A stretch of DNA of 64,000 nucleotides, taken from a virus (taxonomy: Duplodnaviria; Caudoviricetes). Position numbers and translations under genes: made by a program. The DNA is taken from positions 1 through 64,000 of IMG/VR virus record IMGVR_UViG_3300008624_000005; one strand, 5' to 3'. Position 1 is the stretch's first letter. Every line of letters starts with the position of its first letter. Positions 29,787 to 38,876 of this stretch are shown here, in pieces. The notes under the pieces were generated by a model. It did not search any database. It was not told the origin of the DNA and saw only the letters and a program-made list of their open reading frames with translations.

Positions 29787-32700
29787 TTAATAATAATTAC
29801 TTCCGCCTGAACTAGAACTAGAACCTGTACCTGTTACGACTCCTGTAATACTTGTTGTTGCTGTTGGAGTTTCAACAAGTCCTGCGGCAATTCTCATATT
29901 TGTCTCAGTATATGAATCAACTATATCAACATCTGATACCTTTGCGGCACTAACAAAAAGTTCATGAGCATTAGGTGTAACTTGAAACATATTACCAAAC
30001 CTAGAATCTGCATTTGTTGGAACAATTACTAATGAAGAAATTATACCTATCATATTTCTATGAATAAATGCGGCAAGTTCTGTAAAATAAAATGTTTCGC
30101 CAAAATCCCAATTATCAGGTTCAAAATAATCATCAACATAATCTACTATTGTTGCTTTTATTTCATTGTCGGTTAAATTTGTTGTTGGATTTTTAACTAC
30201 TTTAAATTTTGCTTGTAATGCATAATCTGCTTCTGTACCAAATAAAATTTTATATTCACAAGATTTATAAATTATTGTATCAGAAGATGTTTTTGCATCT
30301 TCTAATGCCATAAACATTGTTTTTAAATCTTCTGTAGTATGTGGCAATGGCTTATATTTTGCTCGCCTATCATTTTTCAGCCAATTTCTAAACTCAGTAT
30401 TATACGTATTTGTTAATACAAAAGTATCTATAATATTTGTAACCGCTGGATCAATTCGTGTTTCCTCACTAGCGGCATGCTTCCATTTAAATCGTACTCC
30501 TGATCTACCTGTATATTTTGCATAAATTAAATCTCTTTTATACGACCATTTAGACGTATCAGTTGGTAGCACACCTAAATTACTTGCAACTTTAGATTCA
30601 TATTCTGCTCCATTATATTCTACTTTATCTGCCAAATCATACGATGTAGATGAAACCCAATATTTTATAGAACCATCTGCATTTGTTGGAGGTGGTGTAG
30701 TCATTAATGTTTTATATACATAATTGTCTACTAATTCATCTGCAACATAAATTTCATTGGATCCTACAATACTATCAAAAGCAAACGGATCATCTATCAC
30801 ATAATCTTTATTAGTATCTGCAAATTTTAATAATACTCTACGTGGATCTGTATAACCATCATCATATGTATAAAATCCTTCAATATCAAAATCATAATTT
30901 GCAGTTAATAATGATGTACCTAAACCTCCGCCGACAGTTGTGAGAGGTTGTAAATTAATATCTAATATTCTGATTTCATCCTTTGTAGATTTTTTTGTAA
31001 TTTTACTAACTTTATTATCTAATCGTTGGTTAAAAAATCTAACATTTTTTATTGAACCGAAATTATATTTTATAGCTCTTGCTAAAAACACCCATTGGTC
31101 TGTTTGGAATTCTATTCTTATTAAATAACTATTATCCGATTGTGTTCCTGCTGTACTTTCAGTTAAACTAAAAGCAGTAGATTCTGATTCCCCTAAATCA
31201 ATACCTAATATAACTTCATATTGGTTATTCCTATGATCCCATCGTATACCAAATGAATTATTAAGTTCTAATTGATCTTTAATTGCTGTAATTTCAGTTG
31301 CACTAAATTTATTATTATATGCAGGTGCTATACGTTTTATTCTAACATTATTTGGTATATTCCTTGATAATGATACAGTACCATATTCTTCTTTAGTTTT
31401 ACCTGTGTAACCTAATGAAGAACTTGTAACTCCTCTACCATCTCCATATATTCCAGTTATACTCGCCCAAGTAGTTGACGATCCTGCTACAAAATTACCG
31501 TTAGTATCCACTTCTGCGAATTCTATATTTGCACCTTCAACTAAAAATTTACCTATTGAATCTAACGAATCTTTACCTATAGCAACTATATCAGGAGTAG
31601 TAGCACCTTTTTCAAAATAACCAGTTGCTTGTCTAGCAGAACCTGTTACTTTTTTCCAAGTCCACATTTTTGCGGCTAACGCAGGAGTTGCTTCGTCTGA
31701 TGTTGTAAAATGTAAATCATCTCCTGTTGTACTACCCGACCAAACAAAATCATTTTTATATTTTTGATAATAAAAGTTTTGTACTTCAGATTCTTCTAAA
31801 TATGGTTGTAAGTATTGCTCAATAATATCTGTTGGATTTAACGGAGTAGGTAATGTTAATGTTTTTCGTAAAAATGTTTCTTCTTTAAAAATATATCCAT
31901 CATCACCAAAAATAGTTAAATCTTTATATGTTCCTGTCGGGTCGTTAATATCAACATAACGTGTATGACCACTGTGTACTCTATTTGTACTTTTAATTTT
32001 TGTAATATTTGTCGATGCTTGCAATGGATAAACCGCATAATCTTGTGCTGATACCATTCTATTTTGAGTACTGTACACCTGTGGTGCCTTAGCTTGTATA
32101 CTAGTATTTGATTCTGTTAATACACTATTTTTTATAGGTTCTTCTAAATCTAGTGTAACAACTAAATCATATAATTGCAAATCATGCTTACTAAAATAAG
32201 GTATAGTAATTTCTATATCTCGAATATCGTCTGCTCTAATGGTATATTCTTCACCATTTCCTACTCTATACCAAATACGTATAATACCTTTAGGTGCATT
32301 ACCAAATCTACCATCGGCAAATTTAACACTAATTGCATCTTCTGCATTAGTAACTACTTGAAAAATATCTCGAATATTATTATCGACTGCATTAAAAATA
32401 ACATTTGATCCTACTACTGTATCAACCGGAATCCACGTTGTTACTATTTGTCCTGTTTGATCAATAGTTTGAACCCATACATCATCATTAACAATATTTG
32501 ATGTTGTTATATCTATAACTTGATTTTCAATTGGTCTTGAAATTAACGTGTCTTTAAATTCTATAGAACCTTGCTTAAAATAAAAGAAAAATCCTGTTTT
32601 AGCACTAGCATTCCCTTTTCCATCATTAAGGTACAAACATCGCATAGCAGAATTAGGATCTGGATATGGTTCAAATAAACCTAATGTTCCATCCACATCA

Positions 32701-33344
32701 ACATTTGTTATTTCAAATGGTATAGATTCTCCTTGCACAGTACCAGCAAAAGTATGAGTCACATTTTGTTGTGTTTGTGAATTCATTTTATAAATTTCAG
32801 TTTTAACACCATCTATTGTTGCCGCTTTAAACGGAGTACCAAATTGTGTCGTATTGCCAAATGCAGAATTCATTACCATTAAAAATTGCTCATATGCATT
32901 TGCATTTGTAGAATCATTCCAAGTAATATCAGTGTTCAGTAAATTATTACCATCCGAATCAATTAATGCTTCTGTTGTTCTTATTGTTTTAATTTTTAAC
33001 ACACCACTTGAATTTATGCTTCTAGTAGGATTATATCCGAGGAACCTGGCTAATCTTAATATCGAATCTCTACTTTGAGCAGTTTCCATAAAATTTTCAC
33101 GAGTAGCAAAATCTGTTCTAAACGCTAAATTATGGCCCATAAAGGCTATTAAATCCATCAAACTAATAAATTCAGATGATTGGATCCAATCATTATAATC
33201 TTCTGGGTAGTTTAATCTTATATAATCTACCATTGCCGCTTTTAAAGTATCAAAATCATATGCTTGAAAATTAGATTGAGCAAATGATTGGTATTTTGCT
33301 ATATAATCTTCTGCGGCAAATAAAACATCTTGTCGTGTAGCCAT
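29787..33344 (-). CDS. gp6: Baseplate wedge subunit, T4 gp6-like
   Basis: DFDTLK...RENFMETAQSRDSILRLARFLGYNP, KFADGRFG, APQVYSTQNRMVSAQDY motifs. Confidence 0.85.
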   Translation of the reverse strand: MATRQDVLFAAEDYIAKYQSFAQSNFQAYDFDTLKAAMVDYIRLNYPEDYNDWIQSSEFISLMDLIAFMGHNLAFRTDFATRENFMETAQSRDSILRLARFLGYNPTRSINSSGVLKIKTIRTTEALIDSDGNNLLNTDITWNDSTNANAYEQFLMVMNSAFGNTTQFGTPFKAATIDGVKTEIYKMNSQTQQNVTHTFAGTVQGESIPFEITNVDVDGTLGLFEPYPDPNSAMRCLYLNDGKGNASAKTGFFFYFKQGSIEFKDTLISRPIENQVIDITTSNIVNDDVWVQTIDQTGQIVTTWIPVDTVVGSNVIFNAVDNNIRDIFQVVTNAEDAISVKFADGRFGNAPKGIIRIWYRVGNGEEYTIRADDIRDIEITIPYFSKHDLQLYDLVVTLDLEEPIKNSVLTESNTSIQAKAPQVYSTQNRMVSAQDYAVYPLQASTNITKIKSTNRVHSGHTRYVDINDPTGTYKDLTIFGDDGYIFKEETFLRKTLTLPTPLNPTDIIEQYLQPYLEESEVQNFYYQKYKNDFVWSGSTTGDDLHFTTSDEATPALAAKMWTWKKVTGSARQATGYFEKGATTPDIVAIGKDSLDSIGKFLVEGANIEFAEVDTNGNFVAGSSTTWASITGIYGDGRGVTSSSLGYTGKTKEEYGTVSLSRNIPNNVRIKRIAPAYNNKFSATEITAIKDQLELNNSFGIRWDHRNNQYEVILGIDLGESESTAFSLTESTAGTQSDNSYLIRIEFQTDQWVFLARAIKYNFGSIKNVRFFNQRLDNKVSKITKKSTKDEIRILDINLQPLTTVGGGLGTSLLTANYDFDIEGFYTYDDGYTDPRRVLLKFADTNKDYVIDDPFAFDSIVGSNEIYVADELVDNYVYKTLMTTPPPTNADGSIKYWVSSTSYDLADKVEYNGAEYESKVASNLGVLPTDTSKWSYKRDLIYAKYTGRSGVRFKWKHAASEETRIDPAVTNIIDTFVLTNTYNTEFRNWLKNDRRAKYKPLPHTTEDLKTMFMALEDAKTSSDTIIYKSCEYKILFGTEADYALQAKFKVVKNPTTNLTDNEIKATIVDYVDDYFEPDNWDFGETFYFTELAAFIHRNMIGIISSLVIVPTNADSRFGNMFQVTPNAHELFVSAAKVSDVDIVDSYTETNMRIAAGLVETPTATTSITGVVTGTGSSSSSGGSNYY

Positions 33345-33347
33345 TTG

Positions 33348-33722
33348 TTATATTTCCTCGTCTATTTCACGGTCGAATTGTAACGCCATAACTTCTAATT
33401 GGTCTGTGGGTTGATAAAAAAGGCTTAATTTAACACTTAAAGCATTATTATTAGAATAAGTCTCTACGCCTTCTAGCCTCCATCTTGGATCTTTTCCTAC
33501 AATATCTATGCAATCTTCTTTAACTGCTTCTTCAGTTGAATCATTCCATGGTTCAAACATTAGTTGCCAAATCATAGAACCAAATGAAGGATTCATTACT
33601 CGCTCACCTCGTTTAGTATGGAAGTGATTTTTTAAATCCTGTTTTGCTAATTCTATATCGTGTAATTTTCTAGTTTTTGGTCCTTGAACTGTCGAAAATC
33701 CTTTAAATAATGTTTTTGCCAT
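33348..33722 (-). CDS. gp25: Baseplate wedge/sheath initiator, gp25-like
   Basis: TKRGERVMNPSFGS..LMFEP...DPR motif of the GPW/gp25 family. Confidence 0.9.
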   Translation of the reverse strand: MAKTLFKGFSTVQGPKTRKLHDIELAKQDLKNHFHTKRGERVMNPSFGSMIWQLMFEPWNDSTEEAVKEDCIDIVGKDPRWRLEGVETYSNNNALSVKLSLFYQPTDQLEVMALQFDREIDEEI

Positions 33723-33745
33723 AGCATCCTTAATAGATTATATTA

Positions 33746-33753
33746 TATTTATT
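33746..33753 (-). promoter_or_regulatory. Probable late promoter (AATAAATA) of the baseplate operon
   Basis: One mismatch to TATAAATA, ~24 nt upstream of the gp25-like start, in a divergent intergenic region. Confidence 0.5.
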
Positions 33754-33784
33754 GAAAAAATTATATACACATTTAATTTTTTGG

Positions 33785-33812
33785 TTGACATTTGATCTGT
33801 AGAGTGTATAAT
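33785..33812 (+). promoter_or_regulatory. Sigma70-type early promoter
   Basis: TTGACA-16nt-TATAAT perfect hexamers with AT-rich upstream tract; AGGAG RBS before 33858. Confidence 0.8.
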
Positions 33813-33857
33813 AGTTGTATAGGTTAAATTAGTTAAACACTTACTTAGGAGACAAAC

Positions 33858-34427
33858 ATGCCAATTGATAGAGGCTATGGAACTTGGACTAAAAGTAAGA
33901 TTGTTAATCTTCTTGCTAACAATGATCGTGCCGTTGAGCGGGCGGTTGTTGTAATATTCAACAATCAAGAAGAAGATGAACAAATAATGGAATCAACACA
34001 CAAAGCCAACGGTGTTGGTTTTACTGCATTTGATGCAGACATCCTTTCATCATTCGCAAAACAAATTAATAAAGGGCGTACCCTTTCTGCAAAGCAACTT
34101 GAAATTGCTCGCAAACCTGACAAGCACGGTAATATGAAAATTGCCAAATACTGGAAACAGTTACAAGCAGAAATAGTTCGCAAAGAGAGCGAAACTCAAT
34201 TTACATACGACGACGATACATATTCCGACCATTTTAAAGACGCAAATGGTTTTAGACCACGTGGTATTTTGTGGGATAACTTTATGGCAAAAAGTCCTGC
34301 AGAAAAGCAAAAGGAGTGGGATCGGTTGCAAGAAAAAATTATCGAAGATATTGCTCGTGAAAAAAGGTTTAATCACTGTCTACAAAAAGAAGTAGACAAT
34401 TTTGTTAACTATTCTTATAGGAAGTAA
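33858..34427 (+). CDS. Hypothetical early protein, apparently two fused domains
   Basis: Strong RBS; N-part Q..DEQ...NGVGF...DA.IL.SFA and C-part YSDHFKDANGFRPR each resemble small phage hypothetical families. Confidence 0.75.
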   Translation: MPIDRGYGTWTKSKIVNLLANNDRAVERAVVVIFNNQEEDEQIMESTHKANGVGFTAFDADILSSFAKQINKGRTLSAKQLEIARKPDKHGNMKIAKYWKQLQAEIVRKESETQFTYDDDTYSDHFKDANGFRPRGILWDNFMAKSPAEKQKEWDRLQEKIIEDIAREKRFNHCLQKEVDNFVNYSYRK

Positions 34428-34428
34428 T

Positions 34429-34575
34429 ATGAAAATGGAACTCGAATGTCAAGAATGTGAAAAAGTATTTTCTAGAAGTATTAAAGTAAATTATCCAAAA
34501 TGTCCAAGGTGTAAGTCAGAAGATCTTTATCCTACATCATTTTTTGGTCGAATTGTTAAAGAAGAAAGGAAGTAA
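34429..34575 (+). CDS. 48-aa zinc-ribbon protein
   Basis: Not in ORF track; MKMELECQECEKVFSRSIKVNYPKCPRCKSEDLYPTSFFGRIVKEERK with CxxC..CPxC; AGGA RBS; fills the gap exactly. Confidence 0.75.
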   Translation: MKMELECQECEKVFSRSIKVNYPKCPRCKSEDLYPTSFFGRIVKEERK

Positions 34576-34576
34576 T

Positions 34577-34828
34577 ATGAATGATTTTGAACGTGGTAAA
34601 CGAGATGGCATGCGAGAAACACTTAATAAAGAACTAAAAAGTTCTGCAATGCGTATTGCAATCCTTGAAGAAGATCTCGAAAGAGAGCGTAATAAGAAAT
34701 GGAGTATTGTTCGCAAGTTAATCCTTGTTGAAATGGAAGGGTATGAAATTGATATGATTTTAGATGATAACGAAGAATTAACCCTTCATGATAAGATAGA
34801 ACGAATCAAAGAAGGATTTACTGTATAA
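34577..34828 (+). CDS. Hypothetical coiled-coil protein
   Basis: Start reassigned to ATG 34577 (AAGGA RBS, follows zinc-ribbon stop); same frame as track ORF 34544. Confidence 0.7.
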   Translation: MNDFERGKRDGMRETLNKELKSSAMRIAILEEDLERERNKKWSIVRKLILVEMEGYEIDMILDDNEELTLHDKIERIKEGFTV

Positions 34829-34831
34829 ACA

Positions 34832-34839
34832 GATAAATA
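34832..34839 (+). promoter_or_regulatory. Possible late promoter (GATAAATA)
   Basis: One mismatch to TATAAATA, ~26 nt upstream of ATG 34865. Confidence 0.4.
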
Positions 34840-34864
34840 ATTTTAAACAGTTTAGGATGTTTAA

Positions 34865-35755
34865 ATGAAAATTAATGAAGTATGCGAACGTATAAATGAA
34901 GTGGTAAACTTTAGTACAATGTCAGATGCTAAATTAAAAAGGTTTATTGCTAGTTTTGGTTCTGGCGACGAACCGATGGGGCAAGTTGCAGGAATGCAAT
35001 TAAAAGCCGCTAGAAAAGAAGCCAGGAAACGAGGAATATTAAATGAAGCATGTGATGCAAATCAATGTGTAGTCCAAATGGGAACACAACGTGGTTTTAA
35101 ATCAGGACAAGTAGATCCTAAACTTGTTGATGCTAGTGATGCTAGAGATGACGAGGTGTACGATTGGGAAGGAACATTATCAGACAAGGATTTTGATACA
35201 TATGATCGTACAAAAATGAAAACATATAGAGATACCGGTAGTAAATGGCAAGCTCATCTAGCAGGAAAACGACAATTAAACAAACCTAAAACATTAATGC
35301 AAGCGGTCGGCGAAGCATCCCCTGATCTTCCTTCATCAAACTTTAAGCATACTGAAGAATTTAGTGTTGAGCACGGAAAAGAAATAGATTTTGCTAAATG
35401 GATTGCCCAGCAATTAGAAATAATGGGTGTTACACAAGAACAAGCAGAACGATTATATAAAGCCTCAAAAGAAGGCGATTATAGTTGGGTTCATAGATTT
35501 GGGGCAAGTCCTAAACTTAAAGCACTTGTAGGTCATAATATTGGTACTGCGATGACAAGTAATGCAGTAGCAATTCACAATGGTATGGGTCTACATGCAG
35601 GTATATTAAAAATAAGTCCAAAACAAAATAGACCTCCATCACGCATTCCCGACGATTTATTACCTGGTGGCCCTGACGACGACGAAGCAAGAGATCGTCG
35701 ACGAGCTGCCGCATTTGGCCCTCCGGCCGATCCACGTGGAATTCAACCATATTAA
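34865..35755 (+). CDS. Hypothetical protein, possible internal head protein
   Basis: MKINEV..RINE start, further ILNE/VGE sites resembling prohead-protease cut sites; late-promoter-like motif upstream. Confidence 0.65.
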   Translation: MKINEVCERINEVVNFSTMSDAKLKRFIASFGSGDEPMGQVAGMQLKAARKEARKRGILNEACDANQCVVQMGTQRGFKSGQVDPKLVDASDARDDEVYDWEGTLSDKDFDTYDRTKMKTYRDTGSKWQAHLAGKRQLNKPKTLMQAVGEASPDLPSSNFKHTEEFSVEHGKEIDFAKWIAQQLEIMGVTQEQAERLYKASKEGDYSWVHRFGASPKLKALVGHNIGTAMTSNAVAIHNGMGLHAGILKISPKQNRPPSRIPDDLLPGGPDDDEARDRRRAAAFGPPADPRGIQPY

Positions 35756-35758
35756 TAT

Positions 35759-35974
35759 ATGAAAAAACTTTTAGATCAACTACGAGTTGTTTTAGAAAAA
35801 AACGAAGCTCGCATCCACGAACTCGTAGGTAAATGTGACGAGCTAGAACACGAAAATGATATTCTTCGTATTAGACTAGAAAACAAAGGACTTCATGTAC
35901 CCACTAACTATACTAAATCAAGAAGGTACCATGACAATAGCAGAGCCCAAAGAGAGTTCGACTGTAATTTTTGA
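35759..35974 (+). CDS. Small coiled-coil hypothetical protein
   Basis: Heptad pattern; tightly packed after previous gene. Confidence 0.6.
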   Translation: MKKLLDQLRVVLEKNEARIHELVGKCDELEHENDILRIRLENKGLHVPTNYTKSRRYHDNSRAQREFDCNF

Positions 35975-36323
35975 TTGGGCAAATAAATGGCATAGAGCAT
36001 TTAAAAAAATAGAACATCATGGACCAGAATTTACAACTATTCGAGTTTATAAAAATGTAGTTTGTAGAGACGGTTTTACATTTTCCCTCCAAGCAGGTCC
36101 TTCACATTATTCCGAACCAAAAGCAGTAGCGAACGAATACGAAGCGTGGGAAATAGGATTTCCTTCTGACGAAGAACCGTTATGGATGGAATGGCAAGAG
36201 CCAGGTAATGAACCAACTGAAAGTGTATATGGTTGGGTACCTAATAATGTTGTTAATGCAGTAATTCAAAGACATGGTGGTATAGATGAAAGAGAGTTTA
36301 TTACAGCCAAGCTCTTAAAATAA
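35931..36323 (+). CDS. Hypothetical phage protein
   Basis: CRDGFTFSLQAG..HYSEP...EIGFPS...VYGWVP...HGG; start chosen at 35931 (GAAGG upstream), track gives 35895. Confidence 0.7.
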   Translation: MTIAEPKESSTVIFDWANKWHRAFKKIEHHGPEFTTIRVYKNVVCRDGFTFSLQAGPSHYSEPKAVANEYEAWEIGFPSDEEPLWMEWQEPGNEPTESVYGWVPNNVVNAVIQRHGGIDEREFITAKLLK

Positions 36324-36331
36324 ATACATTT

Positions 36332-36496
36332 ATGACAGGACCACATATTGAAGATCATTTAACAGAAACCGCTGAAGTAGAACAAGAGCGTGATTATTAT
36401 AGAGAACAATATGAGGCCGTGCAAAAAGAACTTGAGGTAGTAAAAAAAGAACTATACCAAATTAAAAAAATTTATTTTAAAGATGGTCATTTTTAA
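36332..36496 (+). CDS. 54-aa coiled-coil hypothetical protein
   Basis: Not in ORF track; MTGPHIEDHLTETAEVEQERDYYREQYEAVQKELEVVKKELYQIKKIYFKDGHF fills the gap; AATAAATA just upstream. Confidence 0.6.
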   Translation: MTGPHIEDHLTETAEVEQERDYYREQYEAVQKELEVVKKELYQIKKIYFKDGHF

Positions 36497-36510
36497 TTCA
36501 GAAACTATTT

Positions 36511-37437
36511 ATGAAACTGATTACAGGTAACGCAAATACAAAACTTGCTACTGATATTGCTAATATTGCCGGCGTTGAATTATGCGAAACTCTAGTAACT
36601 AGATTCGCCGACAATGAAATATGGGTAGAAATAAAAGACAACATTCGTGGTGAAGATGTTTTCCTCATCCAAAGCACATGCAATCCCGCCAACGACAACT
36701 TAATGGAATTATTAATAATGGTTGATGCTTGTAAAAGAGCAAGTGCAGGTCGAATTACGGCTGTAATACCTTATTATGGTTATGCTAGACAAGATAGAAA
36801 ACCAGCAGGACGATCACCTATTAGTGCCAAACTTGTTGCTAATATGTTAGAAGCGGCAGGGGTAGATCGTATGCTAACTATGGATTTACATGCAGGTCAA
36901 ATTCAAGGTTTTTTTGATATTCCTGTAGATAATCTATATGCCCAACCATTATTTGTTGAAGACTTATTATCAAGCCCAATGATTAGTGCTGGTAATGCAA
37001 TAATAGTTTCACCAGATGCAGGCGGAGTTCCCAGAGCAAGAGCAATAGCAAAAAAATTAAATCTAGATATTGCAATTATAGATAAAAGACGAGATAGGGC
37101 TAATGAGTCCGAAGCAATGAACGTCATAGGAGACGTAAAGGGGAAGCAATGCATCATCGTCGACGACATAATAGATACAGGTGGGACATTAGTAAAAGCC
37201 GCACAGGCATTAATAAGCGAAGGCGCCGAAGAAGTGGAAGCATATATAACACACGGTGTATTAAGCAAAGGCGGAGCGAAGAGGATGGAAAAATCAGCTC
37301 TGAATAGATTAGTAATAACTGATACTATTCCTGCACCTGAAAATAAAGTACTAAAAGTCATTTCAGTTGCGAATATATTTACTGAAGCAATTCGCAGAGT
37401 ACATCATGATGAATCAATATCAGTATTATTTGAATAA
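36511..37437 (+). CDS. prs: Ribose-phosphate pyrophosphokinase (PRPP synthetase)
   Basis: IRGEDVFLIQS, PYYGYARQDRK, MDLHAGQIQGFF, VSPDAGG, IVDDIIDTGGT, THGVLS all present. Confidence 0.97.
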   Translation: MKLITGNANTKLATDIANIAGVELCETLVTRFADNEIWVEIKDNIRGEDVFLIQSTCNPANDNLMELLIMVDACKRASAGRITAVIPYYGYARQDRKPAGRSPISAKLVANMLEAAGVDRMLTMDLHAGQIQGFFDIPVDNLYAQPLFVEDLLSSPMISAGNAIIVSPDAGGVPRARAIAKKLNLDIAIIDKRRDRANESEAMNVIGDVKGKQCIIVDDIIDTGGTLVKAAQALISEGAEEVEAYITHGVLSKGGAKRMEKSALNRLVITDTIPAPENKVLKVISVANIFTEAIRRVHHDESISVLFE

Positions 37438-37944
37438 TGGTTATAGATAATTTTTTAGATATCGAATCTTTTCGTGAGATTCAAACAATATTATTAAGTG
37501 AAGAACCCCCACTGGCACTACCAAGATTTTTTGGGTGTATCGACGGACCAAACTAATCAGTTTTATTTTAGCCATGGCTTCTATGAAGGGTACACATGGA
37601 TATCACCATTGGCCAGAGTATTAGAGCCATTATTAGAAAAAATTAAACCTATTTGTATTCTTAATATAAGGGCAAATCTTGTAACTAGAACAAGCGAAAT
37701 AATAGAAGCCAGTCTTCATTCAGATCTAAAAGGTGTTATATCAGATGAACATAAATTAAAACAATGGACTACATCAGTATTTTATATAAACGATACTAAT
37801 GGTTATACAAAACTTTCAGATGGAACGAAGATTGAATGCAAAGCAAATAGATTATTAACTATGTCAAGTGATACTGAACATCTAGGAGCAACATGCACAG
37901 ATCAAAAACGAAGGGTAATTATAAATTTAAATTATTTTAAATAG
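37437..37944 (+). pseudogene. 2OG-Fe(II) oxygenase split by a +1 frameshift at a C5 run
   Basis: ATG overlapping prs stop (TAATG) gives MVIDNFLDIESFREIQTILLSEEP then stops at 37556; the +1 frame continues HWHYQD...LHSD...EHLG...RR (HxD..H..R). Confidence 0.7.
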
Positions 37945-37945
37945 A

Positions 37946-38557
37946 ATGTACGATTACGAAGCGTGGGTAAAGTGTCATCCAGATGATTTATGGATATTCG
38001 ACAAACTCATTCTTGCCAAAAAATTAGGATATTTATGCGGACCAGCAGATGTAGCAGTACCAAAATCAGATAATTATATAGTTAGACCTTGTGTTAACCT
38101 TGCAGGTATGGGCATAGGTGCAGAATTGCGTTTTTTAGAAAAAGGAAGATGGGATTTAGAACCAGGTTATTTTTGGTGCAAACCTTTTAAAGGTAGACAT
38201 TTAAGTGTTGATTATGCAATAGATCCTAGCTCACGTACAATAGAACAAGGCGAAACCATTGAAGGTTTTAGAAGCCCTGCAAATCCATTATGGAAATTTG
38301 ATAAATGGATTCGTGTTAAAGATAAATTAAAAATTAACTTCATGTTAACAAAGCTCAAAGGTTCCTACGAGCATATAAATTGTGAATTTATAGGTGGTAA
38401 ACTTATAGAAATGCATTTACGACACAATACAGAAATGGGCGATTATAATGAGATAATCCCTGTATGGGAAGACGAACTTGCTTCCACGACTCCTCCTGAC
38501 GGATACACCTATGTCGAAGATAAAGATTACAATAGACTCGGTTTTTTCAAACGTTAA
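37946..38557 (+). CDS. ATP-grasp-like protein
   Basis: YIVRPCVNLAGMGIGA, FKGRHLSVDY, INCEFIGGKLIEMHLR resemble a minimal ATP-grasp fold. Confidence 0.6.
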   Translation: MYDYEAWVKCHPDDLWIFDKLILAKKLGYLCGPADVAVPKSDNYIVRPCVNLAGMGIGAELRFLEKGRWDLEPGYFWCKPFKGRHLSVDYAIDPSSRTIEQGETIEGFRSPANPLWKFDKWIRVKDKLKINFMLTKLKGSYEHINCEFIGGKLIEMHLRHNTEMGDYNEIIPVWEDELASTTPPDGYTYVEDKDYNRLGFFKR

Positions 38558-38819
38558 AGAATACTTCAAAGAAAGTTACAGACTAAGCCCGCTGGCATTT
38601 TATTGTGAAATAGGCGAAGCAACTCTTGTTTGCGGTGCCAGTGCAATATTAACATATACTGTATTAGATCCTGCTACTAAAATATTCATACCTATGATGT
38701 TTGTAGGCAGTATTTTAGGTGTTATTAGTACATTTAATCGTAAAGCGGCTTTTGCAATTTTTCTTACTAGTTGGTTTGTAGTAATGAATTCTATTGCATT
38801 AATTAAACTTTTTGGTTGA
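38511..38819 (+). CDS. Small membrane protein (about 3 TM segments)
   Basis: Three hydrophobic stretches; ATG 38511 in frame with track ORF 38478. Confidence 0.65.
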   Translation: MSKIKITIDSVFSNVKEYFKESYRLSPLAFYCEIGEATLVCGASAILTYTVLDPATKIFIPMMFVGSILGVISTFNRKAAFAIFLTSWFVVMNSIALIKLFG

Positions 38820-38843
38820 CAAATATCTTAAAGATAGTATAAT
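38816..38843 (+). promoter_or_regulatory. Sigma70-type early promoter
   Basis: TTGACA-16nt-TATAAT; shares TTTTTGGTTGACA and downstream TTAGTTAAAC with the promoter at 33785. Confidence 0.8.
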
Positions 38844-38876
38844 ATATGTATTAGTTAAACTTTATTGGAGTTCTCA

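Noticed and set aside
33348-33722. Lysozyme activity of the gp25-like protein
   Set aside because: Legacy annotation; the family is a structural sheath initiator and no catalytic motif is evident
33738-33983. 81-aa minus-strand ORF over the divergent region
   Set aside because: Overlaps the promoter region and the 33858 gene; no RBS or motif
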